From: a virus
Length of the DNA: 64,000 bases
Virus record (IMG/VR): IMGVR_UViG_3300029858_000005
Reading direction: 5' to 3' (one strand)
Positions 19,775-28,207 of the stretch are shown here, piece by piece (within the stretch, counting starts at the first letter, position 1; each line of letters opens with the position of its first letter). The translations under genes were made by a program, and so were the position numbers. The notes below the pieces were generated by a model, which did no database searches, had not been told where the DNA came from, and saw nothing but the letters and a program-made list of their open reading frames with translations.

Positions 19775-20502
19775 TTAGAGTTTATTGTTTAAGTAATCTG
19801 CAAGACTTATCTTCTTGCCAACGAGGCTTCCCTCATTCTTCTTTTTCTCCATCCATCTGTCGTAGAGGTCATCCATCTCCTTCTTGGTATGCTTCTTCGG
19901 ACCGCCTTCCTTCTTGGTCTTTGGATAGACGACAAGAGGCTGGTCTGCAACCATTAGGTCAATCTGTGCTGATGAATAGCCCCACCAGTAGTCGTAGGCT
20001 GCAATGAAGTACTTGCGCTGAAAGAGGAAACCGAACTTCTCCGCTAGTGAGAAGGCTGCTCCCCAGCTGGTTCTGCTTGGATAGCTTTTGCTTCGCTCCT
20101 CGTCATCGTCATCATCACGTCCGTCATCCCGGTCGCTAATATGGTAGCCAGTGAGAATGCGTTCGATGGAATTTTTTTTTTAGAAACATCGAGGACTCTC
20201 AGCACCTCGGCCACGTCCACATCCTTGATGTAGTAGAGCCAACGCCAGTAGATCCAATACAGGAATCGAATCTTCCAGATGTTGTTGAGGAGAATGCAGA
20301 CACAAATCTTGACGTTGCGCTTCCATTCGTTCTTCTCCTTTGACCTGATGTGGGAACACCTGCTCATGGTTCCCTTGCGAAGCCAGCCGATCTTGTGCTT
20401 CTTTCCACGGAACACGAACTCGGTAGGCTCGTCGTGCAGCACGCTGTCAAGCAACTCCTGCAAGTCCACTGAAGGCTGCTCTATTTTCTTTTCTTCTGCC
20501 AT
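19775..20502 (-). CDS. tail assembly chaperone, -1 frameshift fusion product (gpGT-like, ~242 aa)
   Basis: The -1 frame is open from the A10 run (20172-20181) to a TAA at 19775-19777. It has no ATG of its own, so it is absent from the ORF track. Hand translation gives ...SKKK/NSIERILTGYH...YDYWWGYSSAQIDLMV...LADYLNNKL*. Confidence 0.65.
20044..20502 (-). CDS. tail assembly chaperone (gpG-like, zero-frame product)
   Basis: 152-aa ORF between the major tail and tape measure genes. It contains the A10 slippery run. Confidence 0.7.
   Translation of the reverse strand: MAEEKKIEQPSVDLQELLDSVLHDEPTEFVFRGKKHKIGWLRKGTMSRCSHIRSKEKNEWKRNVKICVCILLNNIWKIRFLYWIYWRWLYYIKDVDVAEVLRVLDVSKKKIPSNAFSLATILATGMTDVMMTMTRSEAKAIQAEPAGEQPSH
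20172..20181 (-). promoter_or_regulatory. programmed -1 ribosomal frameshift slippery run (A10 on the coding strand)
   Basis: Zero-frame reading is TCT AAA AAA AAA ATT. A_AAA_AAA fits the X_XXY_YYZ pattern. Confidence 0.6.
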
Positions 20503-20526
20503 GATTGTATGCTATTAAATGAAGAA

Positions 20527-20558
20527 GGGCGGCACGGCTGTTGATTAGCCTGCCGCCC
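20527..20558 (-). terminator. GC-rich hairpin after the major tail gene (attenuator/terminator candidate)
   Basis: gggcggca...tgccgccc forms an 8-bp stem. On the minus strand it is followed by a T-rich stretch. Confidence 0.4.
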
Positions 20559-20606
20559 AACGGTTTGTTATCCTGAATCTAATTACCTAAAGAAGCCTTT
20601 ACTTGA

Positions 20607-21218
20607 TTAACCGCCAATGCCTGGTTCACCAGCAGCTGGAGCCTTAGTAAGCCAAGCGATGCTGCGCTTACCTGCACCCTCGATAGAACCTGAGAACTTA
20701 AACGCAACTGGCTCAGTACCGGAGTTGTCCCACTGCAATGTAGCGTAGAGAGCGATGTTGGTAATAACCATGAGGTTCTCCTTCTCGTCGTCAACAATAA
20801 CGATAGTACCCTTGATCTTGAACTTCTTAGGCTCAACAGCGATACCTGTAAAGCCGGTAGTAGCGTCGAGGGTAGCGTCACCTGTACCCTTCAGAGTAAC
20901 CTTGGTCAGCTCTGTGATAGCATCCTCGCCGAACATAATTGTCAGCAAGTCCTTTGCCTTTGAAGGAACAACGAACTCTACATTGAAGTCGCCGAGCTCA
21001 GCTGTGGTTGCCCAGTCGCCTGCAAGACCGATAACCTTGTAGTGGTTGATGGTTGGGTCATCCATAGTCGCCTTCAGCGAGTCAACGGTAACCGGAAGCT
21101 CAACCTCTGGGGTGATGTCAACTGTAGCCTTGCTCAAATCGGTAATAGCCTTTGAGTAGAGCAGAGTTTTAGGACCATTGAAAATGTCCTTCATCTTGTC
21201 AATAGTTGTCATAGCCAT
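20607..21218 (-). CDS. major tail (tube) protein
   Basis: 203-aa ORF just upstream of the chaperone pair. Followed by a hairpin. Confidence 0.6.
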   Translation of the reverse strand: MAMTTIDKMKDIFNGPKTLLYSKAITDLSKATVDITPEVELPVTVDSLKATMDDPTINHYKVIGLAGDWATTAELGDFNVEFVVPSKAKDLLTIMFGEDAITELTKVTLKGTGDATLDATTGFTGIAVEPKKFKIKGTIVIVDDEKENLMVITNIALYATLQWDNSGTEPVAFKFSGSIEGAGKRSIAWLTKAPAAGEPGIGG

Positions 21219-21253
21219 AATCTAAAATATTTTAAATTGTTATACCTGAATAC

Positions 21254-21661
21254 TTATTTCGTGCGTAACCTTCCCTGTATGATTGTCACGGAAAAACCTG
21301 CGCCATCGTCTGTCTGTAGTGTTATACGAGGATTGGAAACAATGAGATTTTTTGTGGAGATTGGAAATCTGTCCATAATCTCCTGGACTTTCTCGTCAAC
21401 GCTAGAAACATCAAATGTGTTTGGATTTCTTGCTGAAGCTTTATCGCGCACATACAATTCGATTTGAGCTGTAGTGGTGAAATCATTGTAAACTCCACTT
21501 GAGTTCATCTCGTTATTGTAGATACTAGATGGAAAGTATACCACGATGTAGCTGTTGATTTTCGTATCAACTGCTTTTGGTCGGCTCCGGGAGTAGAGCT
21601 TGTCACAAATCCCCTTCATTGCATTGCCGACATCGAAATATAGAGTCTTAATACTAACCAT
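21254..21661 (-). CDS. neck/tail-terminator candidate
   Basis: 135-aa ORF. Assignment by position between the head-completion genes and the major tail gene. Confidence 0.4.
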   Translation of the reverse strand: MVSIKTLYFDVGNAMKGICDKLYSRSRPKAVDTKINSYIVVYFPSSIYNNEMNSSGVYNDFTTTAQIELYVRDKASARNPNTFDVSSVDEKVQEIMDRFPISTKNLIVSNPRITLQTDDGAGFSVTIIQGRLRTK

Positions 21662-21664
21662 ATC

Positions 21665-22198
21665 TTACATCGTTCTAAAGTATCTAACCAAATATTCTCT
21701 AAGAGAGGTAATCACGTCGTGACCTCTCTTAACCTCGACAAACTTAGCGTAATCCACACCGGCAACAAGGAGCATCTGCCATGTGGCATCGTACTTTCCT
21801 TTGTTGTGCTCCCTGGAAACAAGTTCATCCCACGCCGCGTTTGGACCATATTCACCACCTTCTCCGTATTCACCCTTGTAAGGTCTCCTTCCGCTGTCTT
21901 TGAAGGAGAATGAACTGCGATAATACTTATCGAGGTTGTATCTCTCTCCGGCAGCAAGGGTTACTCGGGTTGGCTCTGGGCCTGGAGCATAATGAATCGA
22001 CTGCAATGAGCCGTTGTAATATGTACCGATGGCTGTTGACTTGTACAAGTTACCGGTTACGTCATCATAGTTTCGAGACTTGTCAGCAGCCTTCATTGTC
22101 ATTTCAGCCGCATGGTCCATCTTCTGCTGCATCTTTGCTACAGCCATCTGACGGATTTTCTTCTCGACCTGTAAAAACTGACCTGATAAACTTGTCAT
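21665..22198 (-). CDS. neck/tail-completion candidate
   Basis: 177-aa ORF. Assignment by position only. Confidence 0.4.
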   Translation of the reverse strand: MTSLSGQFLQVEKKIRQMAVAKMQQKMDHAAEMTMKAADKSRNYDDVTGNLYKSTAIGTYYNGSLQSIHYAPGPEPTRVTLAAGERYNLDKYYRSSFSFKDSGRRPYKGEYGEGGEYGPNAAWDELVSREHNKGKYDATWQMLLVAGVDYAKFVEVKRGHDVITSLREYLVRYFRTM

Positions 22199-22201
22199 AA
22201 T

Positions 22202-22579
22202 CTAAACCCTTGTCAAATTCCAATACACAACAGTCCTGTTATTATCCGGCTCGCAGTCCTTTACAATACCTACCTCGGTATTGTTACCGACAGTGGAGTA
22301 GATGGTGTCGCCGTCAAGAGGACATCTATCAGCATCCCATTCGTCATATCTGACCGGAATCGATGCCTTCCTCTTGTTCTGGTCGACATTCTTGTCTCCC
22401 TCTGTAGTGGTATCGGTGTAGCTGCGGCCTTCGCCATAATAGAGAATGATTTCCTTGTCCTCACCAACTGGAGCATCATCATCGGCAAACGGGTCATCAG
22501 GGTCGGCTTTTCCGACGACCTTCCTCACGATCTTGATGATGTGAGGATATCTTGGGTTTCTGATATTTTCCTTTTCCAT
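22202..22579 (-). CDS. head-closure candidate (start moved to the Met at 22579)
   Basis: The track ORF 22202..22618 overlaps the upstream gene by 34 nt. The ATG at 22577-22579 lies 5 nt after the upstream stop. Confidence 0.4.
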   Translation of the reverse strand: MEKENIRNPRYPHIIKIVRKVVGKADPDDPFADDDAPVGEDKEIILYYGEGRSYTDTTTEGDKNVDQNKRKASIPVRYDEWDADRCPLDGDTIYSTVGNNTEVGIVKDCEPDNNRTVVYWNLTRV

Positions 22580-22584
22580 ACGCC

Positions 22585-23019
22585 TTATTTGATGATGTGA
22601 GGGAGAGGTTCTCCCCAAGGAGAATAATTCGCCCTCTTTACTCCGTGGGAGGTCACCCGGAAGGTGGACTTCTTCTTGAGCATCGAATCAGGCTCCAGCT
22701 CTGCATAGATAGCGTTAGCCTCTGCCTTCATCTCGCTCCTGTCGTTGTCCGACATATCATAGCCACCTCCCGAATGAGTCCATCCGTTATCGGAATCGGA
22801 GGTGTTGTTCACCTTGCTCGGACCAAGAACAAACCATTTCAGCATGTCGGCATAGGCAAGTCTCACCTTGTCCTTGTCGCAGGCTTCGAGGTCGATGCCA
22901 TTTTCAAGCTTCCTGTCGTGCATGATGCCCAACAGAGCCTTTATCGGCATCTCGAACTTCACCTTATTAATAAGGTAGTCGTTCACAGTGTAAATGTTCA
23001 TCTCCGAATCCATAGTCAT
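22585..23019 (-). CDS. head-tail connector/adaptor candidate
   Basis: 144-aa ORF immediately after the capsid gene. Confidence 0.4.
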   Translation of the reverse strand: MTMDSEMNIYTVNDYLINKVKFEMPIKALLGIMHDRKLENGIDLEACDKDKVRLAYADMLKWFVLGPSKVNNTSDSDNGWTHSGGGYDMSDNDRSEMKAEANAIYAELEPDSMLKKKSTFRVTSHGVKRANYSPWGEPLPHIIK

Positions 23020-23041
23020 ACAATCTAGTTACGTTAAGAAA

Positions 23042-24223
23042 TTAACCCTTCTTGGTAATGTCGATAATCCAACGGTAAGGAGAATCGAGCATAGCAGGAA
23101 CAGAAGCGAGGAACAAGTCTGTTTTGAACTCCTGGTAGAGACCGTTCGCGGTAATCATGTTACGCAGCAAGCCAAGCTTGTTGTTGGTCTGCGCCCAAGC
23201 CACATCAATGAGCTTGTTGCCAAGGGTGTCAAAGATACGCTTGTCAAGGATCTCCTTACGCATGAAACGCAAAGGCTTGCCAGCAGGACGAAGAACAACT
23301 GTTCCGTCTGCCCAACCACGAATCTCTGTAACTGTGCCATCGAAGCGCTTGTTGTGCTCAACCTCATCGACAATCTCGATAGGAGAAAGACCGTTGAGGT
23401 CAACAACAGACTTCAAGAACATTGCGTTGTTTGGACCGTAGTTCTGCAAAACTGCCACAAAGTTAGCGTTCGCCCAGCTCTTGTACAACTCAGCAATCTG
23501 CTTGTTCTTCAAGAATACGTTATTGTAGTCGTTCTTGGTCATCTGCCATACGAGAGGTACACTGCGGTACTCGATGTTCTCCTTGCGCCAATCCTCCTCA
23601 AACTTGCGCATCTGCTCAAGCAAGTCGCAGTTTGGATCGTTCCAGGCAAGCGTACCCGCCTTTTTGAAGTTCTCCTTTGGAACCTTTGCGTCATACAGAG
23701 GCTCCTGGATACCACGACCAATCTTGTCGTAGTCGATGAAACCTGTCGAACTCAACTGGGCTGACATGTAGGTCATAGTCATGTCGAGTGAGTCGTACAA
23801 TACCTGTACCTTGTCGAGGTAAGCATCAACCAGGTCAGCGTCGTTGCCGAACTCATCCTGGAGAAGCTTCATCTTGTGGTAACGCTCTGTCGCAGTCTCA
23901 CGGAAGCCGTCAGCAGCGAAGTCTGGAATTGAAGCGGTGTACCACTCAATACCCTCATGGTCGTTCTGATAACCCTCGCCGAGAGGAGCACGGAGGTTCA
24001 TCAAGGTTGCAGGGTTCAATGTACGTGTGCGAACCTTGAAGGTTGCATCACCATTGTTAGATGTAGGGGTGAGATTTGGATCAATGTCACCCTGTGTCAG
24101 ATACCAGCCGTTGTTACAGCGAAGTACGCCGTCACGATTGACGAACTTCTGAAGGTAAGTGTTGTTACCCTTACCAGTGAAGAACTTCGCAAGCTGCTCG
24201 ACACCAATATCAATTTTTGCCAT
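23042..24223 (-). CDS. major capsid protein
   Basis: 393-aa ORF downstream of the scaffold and decoration-like genes. Size and position fit HK97-fold capsid proteins. Confidence 0.7.
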   Translation of the reverse strand: MAKIDIGVEQLAKFFTGKGNNTYLQKFVNRDGVLRCNNGWYLTQGDIDPNLTPTSNNGDATFKVRTRTLNPATLMNLRAPLGEGYQNDHEGIEWYTASIPDFAADGFRETATERYHKMKLLQDEFGNDADLVDAYLDKVQVLYDSLDMTMTYMSAQLSSTGFIDYDKIGRGIQEPLYDAKVPKENFKKAGTLAWNDPNCDLLEQMRKFEEDWRKENIEYRSVPLVWQMTKNDYNNVFLKNKQIAELYKSWANANFVAVLQNYGPNNAMFLKSVVDLNGLSPIEIVDEVEHNKRFDGTVTEIRGWADGTVVLRPAGKPLRFMRKEILDKRIFDTLGNKLIDVAWAQTNNKLGLLRNMITANGLYQEFKTDLFLASVPAMLDSPYRWIIDITKKG

Positions 24224-24258
24224 AATCCTGAATCAATCTTTTTACGTTAGACAATAGG

Positions 24259-25032
24259 TTAAATATGCCAGAACTCTGGGTAGAGTGACTTGTTCATCGC
24301 CTTGACAGCAGGAGGAACAGGACCCATACGGTCAAGCCACATAACGCAGTCTGGATTCAACATACAGAAGTTGACGTTTGTACGAGGCTTGTGGTACTTG
24401 TCGCCGCCGGCATCAAAATAAGGGAAGTCGTTGTCGCTCGGAGCAAAGCAGTTAGGGTTGGTTACCATAGGCAGCACGCTCGCGCCCGCCTTCTCTGCCT
24501 CCACCAGCACGTCACCAGCGCTCAATGTTCCAAGCGTCTCCGAGAGGGTCAGCTTCCATACGTCGCCTACCGATGTATCGGTGGTTGCCTCCACGGCGGT
24601 CACAGTCACACCCTTTGCCTTTGTCTTAAAGTCCTTCTGACCGACCATGATGGTGTCGCCAGGGAACGGGATGTGAACAAAGCCGTTACGAACGATGTAG
24701 ATGTCTGTGTCTGTAGCCGCAGCGGTAGCCTTTGCCACGCCGTAAGCCTTCAGAATCTTGATGGTAGCACCAGGACCATCGTTGCCTGCTGTAAAGCCAA
24801 GGTCGTGCTCGATCAAGTCACCGGCATAAATCTTAGCCTGGCCCTTGAATGGGTTGACAAGCTTACCACCAATAGGTGGGTGAACGAAGGCATTCTTGAT
24901 GAGTGCCTCAAGGCCAGCAAACACGTATCGGGTTCCACCGACCTTACCTTCTGTCTGAACAATGGTTGCGCCGTGGTTCAGCATACCACGAGTACCCATC
25001 TGTTCCATGTAGGAAATAGAAGTGTTGTCCAT
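24259..25032 (-). CDS. head decoration-like or second capsid-associated protein
   Basis: 257-aa ORF between the scaffold and capsid genes, the position of lambda gpD. No motif proof. Confidence 0.35.
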   Translation of the reverse strand: MDNTSISYMEQMGTRGMLNHGATIVQTEGKVGGTRYVFAGLEALIKNAFVHPPIGGKLVNPFKGQAKIYAGDLIEHDLGFTAGNDGPGATIKILKAYGVAKATAAATDTDIYIVRNGFVHIPFPGDTIMVGQKDFKTKAKGVTVTAVEATTDTSVGDVWKLTLSETLGTLSAGDVLVEAEKAGASVLPMVTNPNCFAPSDNDFPYFDAGGDKYHKPRTNVNFCMLNPDCVMWLDRMGPVPPAVKAMNKSLYPEFWHI

Positions 25033-25067
25033 AATCTTTTTACCTTTTTAAAATTGTTATCCTGAAA

Positions 25068-25766
25068 TTACTTCTTGTCTCCACCGCCGAATCTCTTCTT
25101 TCGACGCTCGGCCACTTCTTCCATAAACTTGTCATCATCTGTGGACGTGCCTCCGCTAGACGTGCGACTGCCTTTTGCAGGAATACCGTTTTCACCGGTA
25201 GCTTCCTTGTACTCTGCGGTGTAGATCTTCTCAGCCTTAGAAACCAGGTCGTCGATGTCGGCATCTTCGTCCGGAATCTCCAGCTTTGCGATTGCAGCAT
25301 TGAGGAAGTAGTTCTTCATTTCAAGGTTTGCCTTGTCGAACTTATCCTTCAAACCTGCCTTTACAGACTCGATGGTTGCCTTCCTTGCAGCCTTCTTGTC
25401 TCTTTCTGCGTTAGCTTCCTTGAGGGCTTTGATTTCTTTGAGAAGCTCGTTGTACTTGTCGTCAGAACCGGTTTTACCCTTGTCTTCCTCCTTGCGCTTA
25501 CGCTCCTCTTCCTCTTCCTTCTTCTTGCGTTCAGCTTCCTCCTTGCTCTTCTTTACCTCGTCAGAGATATTCTTGTGCAAGTTGCCGTTGATACGCTTCA
25601 GACGGTTTGCTAACTTGGTAACCAACTTGGAATTTGCTTCCTCGTCATCACCGAAATCTTCCAAAACATCATCAAGTTCCTCATCGATGGTCTTTTGGCT
25701 AAGTTCTTTGAACTTGGTGGTATCAACCTCCTTGTTCACTAATGCTAAGAGTTCCTCTCTTGTCAT
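25068..25766 (-). CDS. scaffolding protein
   Basis: 232-aa highly charged K/E-rich coiled-coil ORF. It is the first gene of the capsid operon. Confidence 0.65.
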   Translation of the reverse strand: MTREELLALVNKEVDTTKFKELSQKTIDEELDDVLEDFGDDEEANSKLVTKLANRLKRINGNLHKNISDEVKKSKEEAERKKKEEEEERKRKEEDKGKTGSDDKYNELLKEIKALKEANAERDKKAARKATIESVKAGLKDKFDKANLEMKNYFLNAAIAKLEIPDEDADIDDLVSKAEKIYTAEYKEATGENGIPAKGSRTSSGGTSTDDDKFMEEVAERRKKRFGGGDKK

Positions 25767-25843
25767 GTTGTTTTTTTGATTAAAATGTTATCCCGAAAGT
25801 GGTCCCTCCACCTCGAAAACGTATAAATATACCTTTTATTTTG

Positions 25844-25851
25844 CAAATATA
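25844..25851 (-). promoter_or_regulatory. -7 promoter motif (TATATTTG, minus strand) for the capsid/tail operon
   Basis: Plus-strand caaatata in the divergent 146-nt region. Confidence 0.45.
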
Positions 25852-25885
25852 TGAATAAATATGCAATTATCCAAGAAAAATTGTA

Positions 25886-25893
25886 TATTTTTG
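25886..25893 (+). promoter_or_regulatory. -7 promoter motif (TATTTTTG) for the packaging operon
   Basis: Matches TAnnTTTG about 20 nt upstream of the terminase ATG. Confidence 0.45.
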
Positions 25894-25912
25894 CAGTATT
25901 AAATGTATATTT

Positions 25913-28207
25913 ATGCAAAAGGAAGTATTTTCAGGATTAAAATTGGATAACGGTGAGCCTATTTATACTCAAGAGTATATCCAATCATTAAGAGACGCCG
26001 ATAAGAAGCATCCCGACAAGCTGAAGATTATAGCTCAGCGTGGCGGTCAGGAGCGCATGCTGTCTATTGATGCAGATATTAAGATAGTTGGCGGCTCGCG
26101 AGGTGGACCTCTGGATGAAGACACGAGAGTGTTAACTACTAGAGGATTCATTAAAATCAAGCATCTTAAATATGGCGACACCGTAATAGGACATGACGGT
26201 AAGGGACATAGAGTATTAGGTCGAATCGATTATCCTGATAGAGATTGCTACGAAATTGAACTATCTGACGGATCGAGTGTAGTATGCTCGGATGACCATA
26301 TCTGGAATGTATCTATCGATGGCGACAGGAGATTTATGCCACATCTTGCCTGTGAGATAGCTAGTTACATCAACGAAGGCTACGACATCACTATTCCCTG
26401 CGTAAAACCTGTAGAGTTTGATGAAAAGTTCGGCCTAGCCTCTGTCGCTGAGAGAACTGAGTCTTTAAGACGTATCATCGAAACATCGGGTAGATTTTCC
26501 GGAAAATACTGGAAGAAGACTTTCAAGACAAGAAAGAAAGCATTCGATTTCAAGTATCTGGTTGATAGTCTCGGTTCTGTTTGCTACGTAAAAAGGAAGT
26601 CAAACAAGAAATGGGAGGTTCGATTCGATTACAGAAAGAAGGAATTAGAGAGGAGGATTGTCAGCTGTAAACCGGTCGGCAAGCGAAACTGCTGTTGCAT
26701 CGCCGTTGAGAATCCGGACTCATTATTCGTTGTCGAGGACTTTATCGTCACTCACAACTCCAAGTCCTTCTCTTCCCTTATGGAAGTTCTGAAGGATATC
26801 AAAAATCCAGATTTCCATGCAACAATTCTTCGTAACGAAAAAGACGACTTGCAGTCCTTGGTGACAGACTCTTACAAATTGTTCTCCCAATTTGGAACTT
26901 ACAATAAGTCACAGAACGATATGACCTGGAACTTCGACAACGGAGGATGGCTCAAATTCTCGTACTACGCAGGAGCCTATCAGGATTTCAAGACACGATT
27001 CCAGGGGCGCCAGTATGCCTATGTCTGCATCGATGAGGGTACTCAGTGTCCATACAAGAAGTTCAAGTACCTATTGACCAACAACCGAAACGCAGCTCAC
27101 ATACGAAACCGATTCTGGATTACCTGTAACCCTGACCCGGAATCATGGGTGCGAAAGTTCATCGACTGGTGGGTTGACGAGAATGGATACATAATACCGG
27201 AGCGAGATGGAGTTATCCGCTACTGCTTCATGGATGGTGATACACCGGACTCTATCTACTGGGGTAACACAAGAGAAGAGGTATACGAACAGTGCAAGGG
27301 CATCATCGATAGCCTCTGGAAGGACAGCTACGAGGAACTTGGATACACGAAGCTCGAAATGTTCATCAAGTCGGCAACATTCGTTCGCGCTGACGTATCA
27401 GAGAATATTAAGCTTATCTCTACCGATGCCTCATATCTCGCCAACCTTGCCCAACAGGACGAGGAACAGCGCATGCGAGACCTGGAAGCTAACTGGAACT
27501 GGAAAGCTGCCGGTGATGACATGATCAAGATGGAAGACCTTGATGAAATCTACGACAATGCAGAACAGATAGGAGATGGAAAACGCAGAGCTTCTGCCGA
27601 TATCGCATTCACCGGAGGCGATAACTTCGTAATGTGGCTTTGGGAAGGATGGCATTGTAAAGACTTGGTTGTTCTGAGGCTGGACCCTAAGACACTCGTT
27701 TCGGTAGTTGAGGCCAAGCTGAGAGAGTGGGGTGTCGAGGAATGTAACTTCACTTACGATATGCAGGGTATCGGTCAGTACTTTAAGGGATTCTTCAAGG
27801 ATGCCGTCCCATTCAACAACCAGGCAGCACCTATCGCTAGGAATCATCAGGAAGAAGAAGGAATCAAATACCTATATAAGGATTTGAAGTCTCAGTGCGC
27901 ATGGTTATTCTATAAGATGATAAAAGAGAAGCAGATTTCCATCGACTCGGCCCTGCTTGAAAGAAAGTATTCAGGAAACGGATTTGACAAGGTTCCTCTC
28001 AGACAGATTCTTCAGAAGGAGCGTAAGATGCTCAGACGTGACGAGAATAGCGATGATAGGGGATTCAAGCTATTACCTAAGAAGATTGCCAAGAAATATG
28101 TCGGGCACTCGCCTGACTTCTTTGAATCTTGGTTCTACGTAATGATATTCAGTTTAACAAAAAAGAAAAATAAAAAGGTAAAAGGATTATGGATGCTATC
28201 AAGGTAA
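25913..28207 (+). CDS. terL: terminase large subunit, interrupted by an intein in the Walker A loop
   Basis: The Walker A-like GGSRGG|...|SKS is split. Walker B is YAYVCIDEGTQ. A C-terminal nuclease-type acidic motif is present (ADIAFTGGDN). The portal gene follows. Confidence 0.85.
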   Translation: MQKEVFSGLKLDNGEPIYTQEYIQSLRDADKKHPDKLKIIAQRGGQERMLSIDADIKIVGGSRGGPLDEDTRVLTTRGFIKIKHLKYGDTVIGHDGKGHRVLGRIDYPDRDCYEIELSDGSSVVCSDDHIWNVSIDGDRRFMPHLACEIASYINEGYDITIPCVKPVEFDEKFGLASVAERTESLRRIIETSGRFSGKYWKKTFKTRKKAFDFKYLVDSLGSVCYVKRKSNKKWEVRFDYRKKELERRIVSCKPVGKRNCCCIAVENPDSLFVVEDFIVTHNSKSFSSLMEVLKDIKNPDFHATILRNEKDDLQSLVTDSYKLFSQFGTYNKSQNDMTWNFDNGGWLKFSYYAGAYQDFKTRFQGRQYAYVCIDEGTQCPYKKFKYLLTNNRNAAHIRNRFWITCNPDPESWVRKFIDWWVDENGYIIPERDGVIRYCFMDGDTPDSIYWGNTREEVYEQCKGIIDSLWKDSYEELGYTKLEMFIKSATFVRADVSENIKLISTDASYLANLAQQDEEQRMRDLEANWNWKAAGDDMIKMEDLDEIYDNAEQIGDGKRRASADIAFTGGDNFVMWLWEGWHCKDLVVLRLDPKTLVSVVEAKLREWGVEECNFTYDMQGIGQYFKGFFKDAVPFNNQAAPIARNHQEEEGIKYLYKDLKSQCAWLFYKMIKEKQISIDSALLERKYSGNGFDKVPLRQILQKERKMLRRDENSDDRGFKLLPKKIAKKYVGHSPDFFESWFYVMIFSLTKKKNKKVKGLWMLSR
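26108..26758 (+). mobile_element. intein (~217 aa, class-3-like, no obvious homing endonuclease)
   Basis: Block A is PLDEDTRVLTTRG, the CLxxDTxV pattern with Pro in place of Cys1. Block B is SDDHIW. Block F is CCCIAVE. Block G is IVTHN|S. Together these give the Trp/Cys/Thr (WCT) positions of class 3 inteins. Confidence 0.75.

Noticed and set aside
22597-25065. Long plus-strand ORFs (22597..23028, 22994..23764, 24391..25065) inside the capsid module
   Set aside because: They are antisense shadows of tightly packed minus-strand structural genes, with no promoter or start signals.
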